Of a stretch of 64,000 nucleotides of DNA, positions 46,418-57,141 are shown in pieces. Position 1 is the stretch's first letter. The number at the start of each line of letters is the position of its first letter. Under the pieces are notes generated by a model. The model did no database searches and was not told the origin of the DNA. It saw only the letters and a list, made by a program, of their open reading frames with translations. The DNA is from Psammoneis japonica (Eukaryota): positions 1 to 64,000 of the forward strand of contig QPGO01000063.1 of assembly GCA_008632985.1 (NCBI GenBank), given 5' to 3'. The position numbers and the translations under genes were made by a program.

Positions 46418-48262
46418 ATGATGGGTGCAAATGCAAGTGCAGGCGCTGACAATGTTGATCGTGAAGAAGGCGAGGAAGCAGCGGTTTTGGGCGAGGCGAT
46501 GGTGTGAGCTCAGAAGAAGTCGTCGTTCCGTCCACAACCGCGGCGCGGCGGAACGCAGTGACCCGGATGATGACAGCGAAGATGACGACCCTGATGGAAC
46601 ACACAGCAAGAGCAGCAAGACTGATCCTGTGAATTGCAAAGACGAGGAAGTTGTTGGAAGGGACGATGAGGGCCCAGCCAAAAAAGCGCAGTCGTTCCAT
46701 CCATGGCGCCACTGGCGGGATGCAGCGACACTGCTGAAGGTGAGGATACTGTCAGAAGAGACTGTAAAAGCTCTGGCATAAATGTTTGCTGCAAAGTTCT
46801 GCGCTGTTTCTCCAGGTTTGGTGGGCTGATTCTTCGGCCCCTTTGCTGCATCGATGAGACACAATTCGTTGAGGATCATCCGTTTTGGTCTGGTGTACTT
46901 GGCGGTGTAGTGGCTTTCGCCATCTTTACTGGAACTGGATTTCTCATCAAGCAAATTGCAAAAACCCCTGCTCCTTCACCACCGACTCAGCCTCCAAGCC
47001 CTTTCCCATCACTCATTCCTTCCTTATCTCCTTCGGGACAGCCTTCTCCCCTTCCATCGATGCAGCCTTCGGCAACTCCCATATGGCAGCTGCTAGGCGG
47101 TCGGATATCCGGGGAGGATACAGGAGACTTTTTCGGTGAATCTGCTGCTTTATCCATGGACGGATCTCTTCTTGCCATCGGTGCTGGATCTCATGATGGC
47201 CCCAATGGAATTGACTCTGGTCAAGTGCGCATATATAAAAAAGAAGATATGGCTGACTGGAGCCTGCTCGGTGCTCTTGATGGGTCAATATCGTTTTCTG
47301 GGGATGGCATGCGGTTGGCAATCGGCGCTCCTCGCCACAATGGCGCCAATGGCGTATCAACTGGCCATGTCCGAGTGTTTGAGCTCCAGGCATCTAATAA
47401 TTGGGTTAGTGTTGGCGTCATTGACTGGGCGGAAGCTTTTGATGAGGCAGGATATTCGTTATCTCTTTCCCTCAATGGGACTCGCATTGCCATTGGAGCC
47501 CCATATGCAGACATCCCTGAATCTTTTGATGTTGCAGGCCTCCAAAACGTCGGTGAAGTGCGAGTTTTCGAGCAAGATGATGGTCTCGATTGGAATCAGA
47601 TTTTCGCTTTGAAGGGTGAAGCTCCAAATGCAAGAATGAGCTCGTCTGTTTCTCTCACTTCTGATGGAACTCGCCTTGTAGCCGCGGCTCGAAACTGTAT
47701 CGATGGGTACGTGCGGTCTGTTCATGTTAACATGTATGAAGAAAAAAAGGTACTTGGGAATCCAATGGGTATGTACGCATGCGGCCACGTGAACAATGCC
47801 TTTCGGTGTCGATGTCCTTGGATGGCGCACGCGGATTGCAATAGGTCTGAATGCAGAGATTTATGGGTCTGGTGGATATGTTCGTGTGTATGAGTATTCA
47901 CCCCTTTTCACACAAACCCTTGGGCGCTCATGGGCCAAGAAATCTTCGATCCAGGCGAGCAATGGAGACGATTTGGATACTCCGTATCACTTTCAGCAGA
48001 TGGAACTCGTCTGGTAGGCGGAGCATCTGATGTGGGTATCGTTGATGGTGTACGTCTTTTTGAGGTCTCTGGTAGCAGTTACCGGGATGGTGAATGGAGG
48101 CGTCTTGGTAATGATGACGAGATACGTCAAAGTGAAATGTCTGGAAGTGATTATGGCTTTTCTACTGCGCTATCATCGGATGGGACACGGGTGGCTCTAG
48201 GATCTCCATATCACGATGAGAAAAGAGGCCGCGCCCAGTTGTACGAACTGCGTCCGGCATAA
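46418..48262 (+). CDS. Single-pass membrane protein with a Pro/Ser stalk and FG-GAP-like beta-propeller repeats (frameshifted; 5' end uncertain)
   Basis: Repeated G.S.(A)LS.DG.RLAIGAP...G.VR(V/I)(Y/F)E units; TM helix near 46890-46950. Confidence 0.65.
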
Positions 48263-48652
48263 CGGTGGTGAATGAGCACAGACACAACGGGTGAACGCTT
48301 GTCTTGCGAACACAACTTGAAAAGAGATGTGAACAGGAATTGGATAGAGGTGTTGATTATGGTGTTTTGAAGAGTTGGGCTTCTAACTCTCTGGTGGGTG
48401 GAGCAACTCTCTATCGCAACGTTGTCATTTGTGAATCTTTCCGCCACCGAATCGATAACAGATCGCACCGTATACAGTAAAGTGTGTCACACTGATAAGC
48501 GAAAAGCTCTACAATTCTCTTTCTCTCTACCCTAGTAGACGACACAATCAGCTTTTCATTGAATTGCGACCTTGCATGTCGTTGCTATAGTATATCTTAT
48601 CCAACCTAAACCCCTACTGCGTGTTGTGCAAAACTACACGCTTCATTGCTTT

Positions 48653-49954
48653 CTAAACTTGCGACTCGGCCAATTGCTCGGCAAGCTCCTCCACTTCCTC
48701 TTCCCCAGCTTCTTCCAACTCGGCATCGACGTCTTCCGAGGCATCGTTTTCCTCCATGGGCTGGAGCTTGTCTCCAAAGTGCGCTTCCAACATGGCCACA
48801 TCGTCGGGCAAAAAGGCATTTTCGTCCAGGAAAATCGTTTCCAACTGCGGCAATTCCGCCTCGCACAACGCCACGGCACCAATGTGGCCGCACTCGTTTT
48901 CATTCAAGACAACTTTGCGGAGTTTGGGCGATTCGCTCAGGGCTTGAGCAAGGGTACGGATACCGATACTGGTAAACTGATTAAAGTCGGCGCTAAACAC
49001 TTGAAGAGTGTTCTTGACCTGGCGAATCAAGTTCGCCACAACCACGGCACCCTCGGGTTCCGCTTCATTATCGGATACATCCATTTCTTCCAAAGGCGCG
49101 CCGGCCTCGATCAAGGCTTGCGTCACAAGTTCCAGGCCTTCGGCTTGTAATCCAAAGTCACGAAACAGGGCGCGTTTCAAATTAGACGCTTCGGTCAGCG
49201 CTTGCGACAAGAGGTGAACACCGTGGTTTTCATCCTCGCCATTCCCAAAATGCGACCCCTCCAGGTTGAGCGTCTCCAAGTGCGAAATATCCATAGCATT
49301 CAATCCCCGCGCCAGCGAGAGACTCCCTGCCGACAAGGCGCGGTTTCCGGAATACACCAGAGTCTTCAATCGACGGCATTCTCGTAAGATACGTTCAAAC
49401 TCGGGAGCTCCTTCGTTGCCAATCATGTTGTTGTACACGTGCAACACCTCCAGTTGATGACAGGCACACGTATTGGTTTCAACGTCGACTTGTAGGAGAA
49501 TATCGGCAATTTCTTGCAACGTTTCGGCGGCAAGACCATTGTTGGCCAGATAGAGTTCCTTGAGCGACTTTGTCTGGGCATTCAGGAGAGACGAGCACGC
49601 TTGAATACCCTTGGAGCCGAGCGCATTCTCACTCACATCCACGCGTTCCAACTCGCAGTCGACAAACACGTCACAGATACATTTCAGGGAGGCCAATGCT
49701 TCGTCTTCGGGCAAACCGGCAATAAAATCACCGACATTGACCGATTTCACATGGGCGACATGGGGACGCAAAAAGTCGGCAAGGACTTGAGCAGCCTCGA
49801 TTTTGTACGCCTTACCGGCAAAACTCACCGACGTTACCAAGACGCCTTTTACCTTTGGAGTCCATTCGGCAATAAACTCCAAGGCACGGGCCTTATCGAC
49901 CGTCTCGCGATCATTGCTGAGCGGGGGTTCGAGCGATACTTCTTTCATGGTCAT
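48653..49954 (-). CDS. RANGAP1: Ran GTPase-activating protein 1 (LRR)
   Basis: DFIAGLPEDEAL, DVSENALGSKG, LYLANNGL, YNNMIGNEGA and an acidic C-terminal tail. Start taken at MTMKEV. Confidence 0.85.
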   Translation of the reverse strand: MTMKEVSLEPPLSNDRETVDKARALEFIAEWTPKVKGVLVTSVSFAGKAYKIEAAQVLADFLRPHVAHVKSVNVGDFIAGLPEDEALASLKCICDVFVDCELERVDVSENALGSKGIQACSSLLNAQTKSLKELYLANNGLAAETLQEIADILLQVDVETNTCACHQLEVLHVYNNMIGNEGAPEFERILRECRRLKTLVYSGNRALSAGSLSLARGLNAMDISHLETLNLEGSHFGNGEDENHGVHLLSQALTEASNLKRALFRDFGLQAEGLELVTQALIEAGAPLEEMDVSDNEAEPEGAVVVANLIRQVKNTLQVFSADFNQFTSIGIRTLAQALSESPKLRKVVLNENECGHIGAVALCEAELPQLETIFLDENAFLPDDVAMLEAHFGDKLQPMEENDASEDVDAELEEAGEEEVEELAEQLAESQV

Positions 49955-50450
49955 GGTTGTTGCTGCTGTGTGTTTCAAAACAAAAAAATCTATCATCTGT
50001 TGGCTGTGTTGTGTGCGCGTTGTTCGTGAATGGTTTTCGAGCAATGACGAAAACCGCCGAAAGCCGATAGATAACGGAAAAGGGAATCCGGAATTTTGGT
50101 GATGCCTGTGGAAAAGCCAGCCACGCACGACTCAATTTCGACGACTCGGGACTGAAAAGACGTGATGTCACCTCGGATGATGTCAAAGTTCCCTCCGAGG
50201 CAATACCGTACGGCCGACGTACGACGTGTCAGGAAAATAACGGCTTTCTAATTTATTAGCATACAATATCCTAGAGTGCAAATTGAGAAAGATGACTTAC
50301 GTCGACTCCTCACAAAACGAGAAAGCAAAAACTCAAAAACTTGCGACAACACGAGAACAAATCTCGGCCGTCACACAAATCTTGTTGTCAACGTCAATCT
50401 TTTTCTCTCGAGAGAAACAGAAACACACAAAAGTGGCTTGAGACTGAACC

Positions 50451-52341
50451 ATGAAGATTGTTTCTCTCGCCTTGTTGGCGATCGCTCCCGCCGCTTCCGC
50501 CTTTACCGTTGGTGGTGGTGTCCATCACAAGAAATCTCTATCATCATCTACTGCCTTGAACAATGGCATGGCGGCCTATGATGCTCAAATGAGAGCACTG
50601 GCTTCGGGTCAACCGCCCGTTCATCAGCAACACCAACAAGAACCGGCACTTGACAATGTCAAGTTGAGTCAACGTTGGCGAAAAAAGACAAAGCAGCTCG
50701 CCACGCTGGGACCCGCTTCGTCGTCGTTTGAAATGATTGAAAAGCTCTTTGTTGCGGGTGCCGACGTGTTTCGTCTCAACTTTTCTCACGGCGAACACGC
50801 TCAAAAAAAGGAATTGGTCGATATCATTCGTCAAGTCGAAGCCAAATACGAACATCCCATTGCCATTTTGGGAGATTTGCAAGGTCCCAAACTGCGTGTC
50901 GGCCAATTTGCCAATCCCGAGGAGAAATGTTGCAAAGAGGACAAGCCTTTCGATTCGATTTGGACGATAGTTTGGGAACAAACCAACGTGTGCAGCTGCC
51001 TCATCCCGAAATTATCGAGGCCTCTCAAGTCGGTCATGTCTTGCTTGTGGACGATGGAAAGTACAAATGAGAGTCACCGGGACGGGTCCTGGTTTTATTG
51101 ATTGTGTCGTGGAAGTTCCCGGACGCATCAAGGATAAAAAGGTGAGATTGTTTAGATCATTTCAGTGCATGGCGAGTTTTCTTCTATGCTCTTTTATGCT
51201 CACCACTCGTTTTTCTGGTCACACTATAATCTTGCGCACAGGGCGTCAACACACCCGACTCTGTTCTTGAAATTAGTCCCCTCACACCCAAAGATCGCGC
51301 CGATCTCGAATACATGCTTACCATTGGCGTGGATTGGGTCGCTCTTTCCTTTGTCCAGCGACCCCAAGACATTGTCGAGATTTCTCGTTTAATCATGAGT
51401 CATCTCCCCCAGCACACGGTTCGCCCACACATTATGGCCAAGATTGAAAAGCCCAGTTGCTTTGAAGGAGACTCGTTGGCTCAAATTGTCGAGCTTTGTG
51501 ACGGCATTATGGTGGCTCGTGGAGATTTGGGCGTGGAGTGTGCGCCCGAGGATGTGCCCATTTTGCAAAAGCAAATCATTGACGAATGCCGTGAACAGGG
51601 AAAGCCCGTCGTGGTGGCGACGCAAATGTTGGAAAGCATGATTGAATCTCCAACACCCACACGCGCCGAAGCCAGTGATGTGGCTACAGCAATTTATGAC
51701 GGAGCGGACGCAATCATGCTGAGTGCGGAGAGTGCAGCTGGAGAGGTAAGTTCATGTCATTTCGTGCTACGTGATTCTTTTTTCGGTTGCAACAGCCAGC
51801 TTACCACTCTTGCTTTCTCATGTGTCGCCAGTATCCCGAAGAGTCTGTATACATGCAGCAGCGCATTATCAATCGCGTCGAAAGCGACCCCCACTATGAT
51901 CAATATCTTCAGTCCTTCAATCCGTTGCCGGATAGTACTTCCGCTTCTGCCATTATCCTTGCGGCCAAGCAGATTGCAAGGACTGTGAATGCCAAAGCGA
52001 TTGTAAGCTTTACCGTTGGAGGTACCACGGCTCTTCGCGCCTCCAAAAAGCGCCCCGATGTTCCAATCTTGGCAATCTCACCCCTCAAGGAAACGGCGCG
52101 GCAGCTTGCTCTGAGCTGGGGTGTGTATCCTGAATTTTCAAGTCCGGACGCCTACGATACCGACAATTTCCGAGATATGCTTCGCAGCGCGTGCGAAATT
52201 GCTTTGCAAAAAGGTCTTGTCTTTGACAAGAACGACCTCCTTGTTGTGACTGCTGGATTCCCTTTTGGTACTCCAGGAGCGGCAAATATCATTCGTGTCA
52301 TCCCAGCCGCTGGTCCTTCTCACTGGGATGCCTCTCTATAG
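50451..52341 (+). CDS. PK: Plastid-targeted pyruvate kinase (2 introns; two apparent 1-bp frameshifts)
   Basis: ASA-F motif; [42 protein letters not shown] and PTRAEASDV. Introns at about 51142-51241 and 51746-51830. Confidence 0.95.
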
Positions 52342-53011
52342 ATCTGAGAGACGAATAGACAGGCGACCAAAACAATTACGTATAATAGCCAGCTGCACCT
52401 ACTAGAGAATACTGAATGTCAGTACGAGTAGCTCATGTGAATGTAAAAGACCATTGTGTTTCTTCTGAGGATTAAAGAAGAGCCTATAAACATTGGCGAG
52501 GCCACGCAAGGCACAACAAGCGGGCATCACTGCAAGTCCATTTTGCTTACATTTACCGGAGTGGCATCATAGTTTTCAAACATTGAAGTCTGTTCTAGCA
52601 AAAGACAACCTCTGTCATTTTTGAGACACCGAAGAATGGCCTAACCTGGCAAAGCTTCACCGTTTGTGCTGCTGCAAGCATCTTTGGGATTGTGAGAAAG
52701 ATTAAATCATTCTAACCTTTTGTGGCGCGGCTCTACTCTAGTAGCTAGTAATAGAAGGACCTCTACTTGTAGGCACACCGGTAGGACCAGTCCATGCGTG
52801 GAGAAAGGCGGAAAGGATCGGATTAGTCGTGCGTGGATGAGGAGTCGTGTTTTCGAAAATTTGGAATTCTGCGCCTCGCGCGGTCGGATGGTCGTTGGTC
52901 GTTGGTCGTCGGCGTAAGGGCTAAGTCGCTTTATTGGAAGTAAGCCCTATCGGTAGCGGCGCCCACCTGCAACCTTGGTAGAAGTGTTTGCGATCAACAG
53001 CAGTATTGAGT

Positions 53012-54325
53012 ATGTCCCTCAAGAATTACTTTGAAGCCAATCTACTATTGGGTGTCGACGACAAGACCCGCCACTGGACGTACTTTGGCGCAAAACGAAC
53101 AGCTTCGATACACACGTCGGATCATTCGGGCGGGACGGTGACCTGTCAGGTTCGAATTCACAATGGTCGAGGCAGCCCACATCTCAAGCTCGACGACTCT
53201 TCGTTTGAGCTAGTGAACTGTCCCACAGCTCTATCGACTGAGGACTTTTATGCCTGCAAAATGGATACCACAAGCTCAAGGACAAATACTACGAGGAAGT
53301 TGAGAACCTGGTCAAGAAGAAGCTCGGATGCGACGACGTCAAAATCATGCATCATCTAGTACGGAACGAAGATAGGGTGAATGAACATGGAATCGAAGGC
53401 TATGCCAACAGTGTCCCCATACAGATTCGTCGCCTGTTTCTGCCGATGAGCTTGCCGTACACCTGCTGAATGGAGACACGAGCGAGTACAGTCGGTATCT
53501 GTACCTCAACTTGTGGCGGAACATTTCCGACGTGTCTCCCATTCAAAATGACCACTTGGCCATGTTGGATGAAAGAACCACAGTCAAGCCCGATGATTAC
53601 ATCACTAAGGATCTATTTGGAGAAGGCTATTCGGTGGTTCAATACTCTCTCAGTGCGCGACATGCCGATCGCCACAAGTGGTACTACTTTCCTCAAATGA
53701 CCAAGGACGAAGGCATTCTCTTTAAGCAAATGGACAGTGACTACACAAAGTCTGGCCGCATATGCTTTCATACAAGTGCTCACGACGATTCGGTAACGGA
53801 CCATGCTACTCGAGAATCCATTGAACTTCGCATGATGTGCTACTGGAAAAAGAGCAATAACCCCAATCAAGTCAACTCCATGCCCGCGGAAGCAAACATC
53901 AACGTGGCCATGATCAAGGATCCTTTGCAAGTAGCCCTTGACATGAGCACTTCTTCCTTTACCCTCAATTCATTCACCTTGTTGAAGCGATTCGTCATGT
54001 ACATCTTTTCTGGCCTTTTCAATAAGGGATACGAAGCAGCTCCTTACACTGGAAATCCAAAAGACTACGAGGATCGCTTTCTTAATGGCATCCAATACGT
54101 TCTTTCTGGCCCAAGAATGGCAAAACGTGGGCCAAGGGCGTCATGGACAGGCATGAAACTCCAGAGCAAGGAATTGCCGAAATTACAACGGTATTGGTGG
54201 ATGACGTGATGAATTACAACAAGACAAAACATTTTGATAAAGCGAACAAGAAGGAAATTGTGGATTATTTATTGCAGAGTACCAAATACATGGAGGTTGC
54301 AGAAAAGGCGCTGACACGGTTGTAG
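53012..54325 (+). CDS. CmcJ/NvfI/AsaB-like oxidoreductase (apparent frameshifts)
   Basis: PHTD, NLWRNI...DHLAMLD, HKWYYFPQMTKDEGILFKQMDS and FHTSA...RESIELR. Confidence 0.75.
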
Positions 54326-54411
54326 GGAATGGTACTTAATTTCTAAGCCCTACAGGATGCTTCGCGCGAGAGAACAAAGTACAAAAGAGAAGTTACACAA
54401 TTTTATGAGAT

Positions 54412-55184
54412 CTACTTGCTGGTACGATTTAACCGTAAAAAGTTTCTAGTGCCACTTTGACAAGCCTTCGGTATCGGATCCAATCCCTTGGCCTTGAGAT
54501 TCTTGCAGATCACATCCTTGGTTTCCGTGGCATCGTCGATTGGGCTGCCGTCGATCACCACAAAAGGAACCCCGGGGTGTTCGGGGGTCTGCTTGGCATT
54601 TCGTATTTCTAATTTCCTTCCCTGCACATTGAAGCATTCTTGTACCGTCTCAACATCAAAGTTGGGAATGACTTTTGCTCCGCAGGCAGTCATCAACTCT
54701 TTGGCATCCATAGATTTGTCGTCCATCTTGGGTCCTTCGGCACAATACGTAAACTTGACAGCCATGTCCAAGCCAAATACTGTCTTGATACAAGACTCGT
54801 AAATATCCATTTGACCCTCCTTTTCTCCGTGCTGATAGACGGCTTTTCCACTCTCAAAACATGCTTTTTCGTCGTCGGACTGCGTAATGATACAGTGCTG
54901 ATACCAACACGGCATTCTTGGGAATTGTAGGGTCCCACACCACAGAATTCAGTCGCAAAGTACGCATTACCCCAGGGAATGAAATCGTAATCAATGTACT
55001 GACGTAGTTCGAGATCATCCCAGATGGGTTGCCAGACTTGGGTGACAAACATGCGGCAAAAGGGGCACAGAGCTTCTCCGTAAAACCGCACAGTCACCTT
55101 GTCCGCATCTTGTTCGTTTGCGTGATGATTATTCGCGGTTGACAAAGCGATGAAGAGTAGGAGTAGGAATGCAACAATTTTCAT
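54412..55184 (-). CDS. GILT (gamma-interferon-inducible lysosomal thiol reductase)-like protein (frameshift at about 54915)
   Basis: Signal peptide, FYGEALCPFC, FIPWGNA, QHGEKE and HPGVPFVVIDG. Confidence 0.8.
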
Positions 55185-55429
55185 GGTATAAAGGGGTTGC
55201 TAGTGGCTGATAAGACAGCACGTTGACAACGAACTTGCAGTCGGATCTTGTGAGATGCGAGATGCGATGAGAGATCTTCGCGATCCGCGAGCACGTCGCG
55301 AGGAGGAGAGTCGCGAAAGATCCACCATTTCGAGTCCGTTGAGTCGACCTGTGTTTCTGGGTCCGTGAATTTGGCCATGCCGCGAAACGTTTGGAATCTA
55401 GACAGAGCTCCAGCTAGAGAGATGCTTTT

Positions 55430-57040
55430 GCCAAGTTGAGGCAATGCCACTGATCAAATGGAAAACCATTTCAAGAGTGAACTTGATGGGAAAGCAGACT
55501 CATGCGGGTCTTGCCGACAGGGCAAAGGGTGATCAAGTCTTCTGCTGAACAACAGCAAGACCAGCCACCACCAGAGTGAGCCAAAAAGGGCCAGTGCAGT
55601 TCACAAAAGCATGCTCTAGAAGTTGTGAGAGGTTCAAGCTAGTCTCTGAACCAAGAAGTGATTGAAATCAGTTGGACAGCATGGAGTGCAGGATTGCTTC
55701 CTTGAAAATCGTCCCTTCTTCGCGAGAGACAGCTCAGGCACTGTGTGCTGCCACAGCTGACGACTCATCATTGCACATTGCAACATCAGCCATGAGAGTC
55801 TGACAGCAACTGTGCCAACATTGGCTCCCATCACCCCCTTGAATTGAGTGGGTTAATGTGAGGTGAAATCAGGAGGTCATGTGAGAAGGGAGATGTGCCA
55901 AAGGGCACAGACGATCACAGCCCAGATCTTCTCCGCGACTTGAGTTTTTGTGAGGACATCGGCGAGTTGACTGTCTGCCAGGATCCAGCCAAGGACATGA
56001 TGACCGCACCAATGATCTTCTCAAACATGTTAAAATGTCCTTTGATGTGCTTTGTGCACTTTGTCTGCTGATTGTTGATGCTCATTTGAGCAGGGGCCTT
56101 GTTGTCCAGAACAAGAACAGCAGGAGGAGTGGCAGTGAGATGTTGGGATTCCAGCACAGAGAATTTCTTGGTGCCAAGTCAGTCAAAGTTGCAGGCTGGC
56201 ATGCAAAGGTGAGACACAGCTGCAGCTCTGGCACAGGTGCCCATCCATTCAGATTTTGCAGAGGACATTGTGGCAGGAGTTGGGGCAGTCGAGTTGGCAC
56301 AAACAATTGCCCCATTGAAGCACATCATAAATCCTCCAATGGTTGATCTCATCATGTCAGGGCAGTCCTGCCAGCTTGCATTTGCAAAAACAATGAAATC
56401 ACAGTGACTGGCATTGTGAACCTCACAAATTGCAAACACTTGGCTCTTGGAGGGATCTGATCAGAGCTTGATTGCAAGGTCCTGGTTCTTCTGGAATGTC
56501 CAAACAGATGAACCAGAGCATCTAAGTCCTTCGCATCAGGTGCAGTGCAGTTGTTGAGAGCAGCCATCCGGCCTCTTTGCTTTGTCTGAGAGCCCCTTTT
56601 GGGCTTTACCATGGTTTTCTTTCTTTTGTTTTGATTGCAGTGGTGCTTTGGTTGTCTGCTGATGACACACACCATGAGTGTTCAGACGTGCACGTGGCAG
56701 CCAGAGGGCCACAAGAAGCTGCTCTCCCCAGCGAGTGAGAAGGAGCAGCACCAGCCAGCACAAAGCTCTGGCACCCATTGGAGCTCAGAGTGATCAGACA
56801 CGCATTAAAATCTATGCTCATGTTGAGAGGCAAAAATCACAATGTGATTTCTAGAGGGGAACCACTTTCTTGGGTGTCCTTGCACTGATCATTCATGTGC
56901 CGCCTTCTCTCTAACTGCGCTGCTGCAGACGGCAAAAATTGAGGTGAACCCCTGACCAGGACAGAACAGTCACTGCAACGCTACTTGAGGCTGTTCAGGG
57001 GGGGAACCCGTCTCGATTGTGATGGCAAAAAGACTTCACC
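55430..57040 (-). mobile_element. Ty1/Copia retrotransposon 3' remnant (RT end, RNase H, PPT and 3' LTR), TpA-depleted
   Basis: VFANASWQDCPDMMRSTIGG...MSSAKSEW and LDNKAPAQMS...TKHIK. Minus-strand AAGGGGG (55840-55834) is followed by TG at 55833. Confidence 0.75.
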
Positions 57041-57141
57041 TTGAACCTACTTCTCTAGACTACTTAGACCTTATCACCGAGGCACTCATTTCGTGTGGGT
57101 CGAAGTCAGAGTAGCCTAGTGTCATTGATAAAGATTTGACG

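Noticed and set aside
50451..55184. Frameshifts in pyruvate kinase, the CmcJ-like gene and GILT (also NPC1 copy B, the FG-GAP gene and the 61.5-kb gene) as programmed frameshifting or pseudogenes
   Set aside because: They are small indels, some in short homopolymers (for example GGAAAGTA for GGA AAA GTA), in otherwise conserved genes. Consensus error is more likely and needs read-level checking.
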